DNA of 64,000 bases from Actinomycetes bacterium (lineage in GTDB: Bacteria > Actinomycetota > Acidimicrobiia > Acidimicrobiales > Bog-793). The stretch lies in the NCBI GenBank assembly GCA_021796455.1, contig JAKACA010000001.1, positions 8,110 through 72,109 on the forward strand, written 5' to 3'. The translations under genes and the position numbers were made by a program. Below are positions 63,413 to 64,000 of this stretch, in pieces (the stretch's first letter is position 1; every line of letters begins with the position of its first letter). The notes beneath the pieces were generated by a model. The model saw nothing but the letters and a program-made list of their open reading frames with translations, did not search any database and was not told the DNA's origin.

Positions 63413-64000
63413 TCAGCCTGGGTTGGTCGGTAGGCGCCTTGGAGCGCCGAACGACCAGAGCACCTCCGGTACCGCGACCTCTCCGCTGCTGTCCTGGTAG
63501 GTCTCCATGAGCGCGATCAGCCACCGGGCGGTCATCGCGGTCCCGTTCAGGGTGTGAACGAGCGCGAGCTTGCCGCCGCCCTTTCCGTCACCACCGCTTC
63601 GGTAGCGGACGTTCAGCCTCCGTGCCTGGTAGTCGGTCGTGTTCGAGCACGACGTGATCTCGCGGTACCGCTCCTGACTCGGTATCCAGGCCTCGATGTC
63701 GTACTTCTTCGCAGCCGACGGCCCGAGGTCGCCAGCCGCGGTGCAGACGACCCGATATGACAGCCCCAGAGCCTGTACGAGCTCTTCTTCGATGCCGAGG
63801 AGGCGCTCATGCAGGTCTGCCGACTCTCCAGGCAGCGAGTACGCAAACATCTCGACCTTGTCGAACTGGTGCACCCGGAAGATACCCCGGGTGTCGCGCC
63901 CCGCCGCCCCGGCTTCGCGACGAAAGCAAGTCGAGTAAGCCGCGTACAGGCGCGGGAGATCGTCCTCGTCGAGGATCTCGCCCTGATGGAACCCCGCCAG
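63413..64000 (-). CDS. serS: seryl-tRNA synthetase, N-terminal part outside the window
   Basis: Reverse translation to the window edge gives ...YSTCFRREAGAAGRDTRGIFRVHQFDKVEMF... (class II motif 2), and then TLNGTAMTARWLIALMETYQ. Confidence 0.9.
   Translation of the reverse strand: MAGFHQGEILDEDDLPRLYAAYSTCFRREAGAAGRDTRGIFRVHQFDKVEMFAYSLPGESADLHERLLGIEEELVQALGLSYRVVCTAAGDLGPSAAKKYDIEAWIPSQERYREITSCSNTTDYQARRLNVRYRSGGDGKGGGKLALVHTLNGTAMTARWLIALMETYQDSSGEVAVPEVLWSFGAPRRLPTNPG

Overview
This is a GC-rich (about two-thirds G+C by eye), very gene-dense chromosomal segment. It comes from an actinobacterium: the Pup-proteasome locus, GlgE alpha-glucan pathway, F420 FO synthase and a DUF4193 gene together are diagnostic. 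I call 49 protein-coding genes, two of them cut by the window edges. I found no rRNA or tRNA genes, no CRISPR array, and no transposase, integrase or phage structural genes.

Gene order, left to right:
- SDR, M48 peptidase, MFS transporter, secreted protein, rpiA, YihY, an FAD-oxidase/TPP-enzyme pair, an Arg/Pro-rich protein and a GNAT.
- A conserved hypothetical, DUF4193 and a tandem-domain ThyX-like protein.
- A compact helY-tatC-tatB-like-lepB-pafA / prcA-prcB-pup-dop-mpa / ferredoxin / trmI block. It is syntenic with the mycobacterial Rv2092c-Rv2118c region but has no pafBC.
- Three small membrane-protein genes.
- A TetR-controlled stand-alone carrier protein + adenylation enzyme + aminotransferase cassette.
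- tkt-tal-pgl.
- glgE-treS/pep2-malQ-glgB, with convergent glgX.
- fbiC coupled to a long LOG-family gene.
- An acyl-CoA ligase, a large GGDEF-EAL sensor, gltBD and a partial serS.

Many genes overlap at start/stop codons (GTGA, ATGA, TGATG). Several convergent pairs overlap at their 3' ends.

Most of the window is ordinary core metabolism, and I cannot show that it holds a new system. The best candidates for a second look are:
- The orphan carrier-protein loading cassette (28660-32447), whose adenylation enzyme seems to lack the alpha-amino-binding Asp.
- The 372-bp structured non-coding stretch upstream of DUF4193, the largest gap in the window.
- The tandem ThyX-like/DUF4193 pairing.
- A few short perfect tandem repeats sitting exactly at gene boundaries.

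All functional calls rest on motifs I recognised by eye in the supplied translations. No database search was run.
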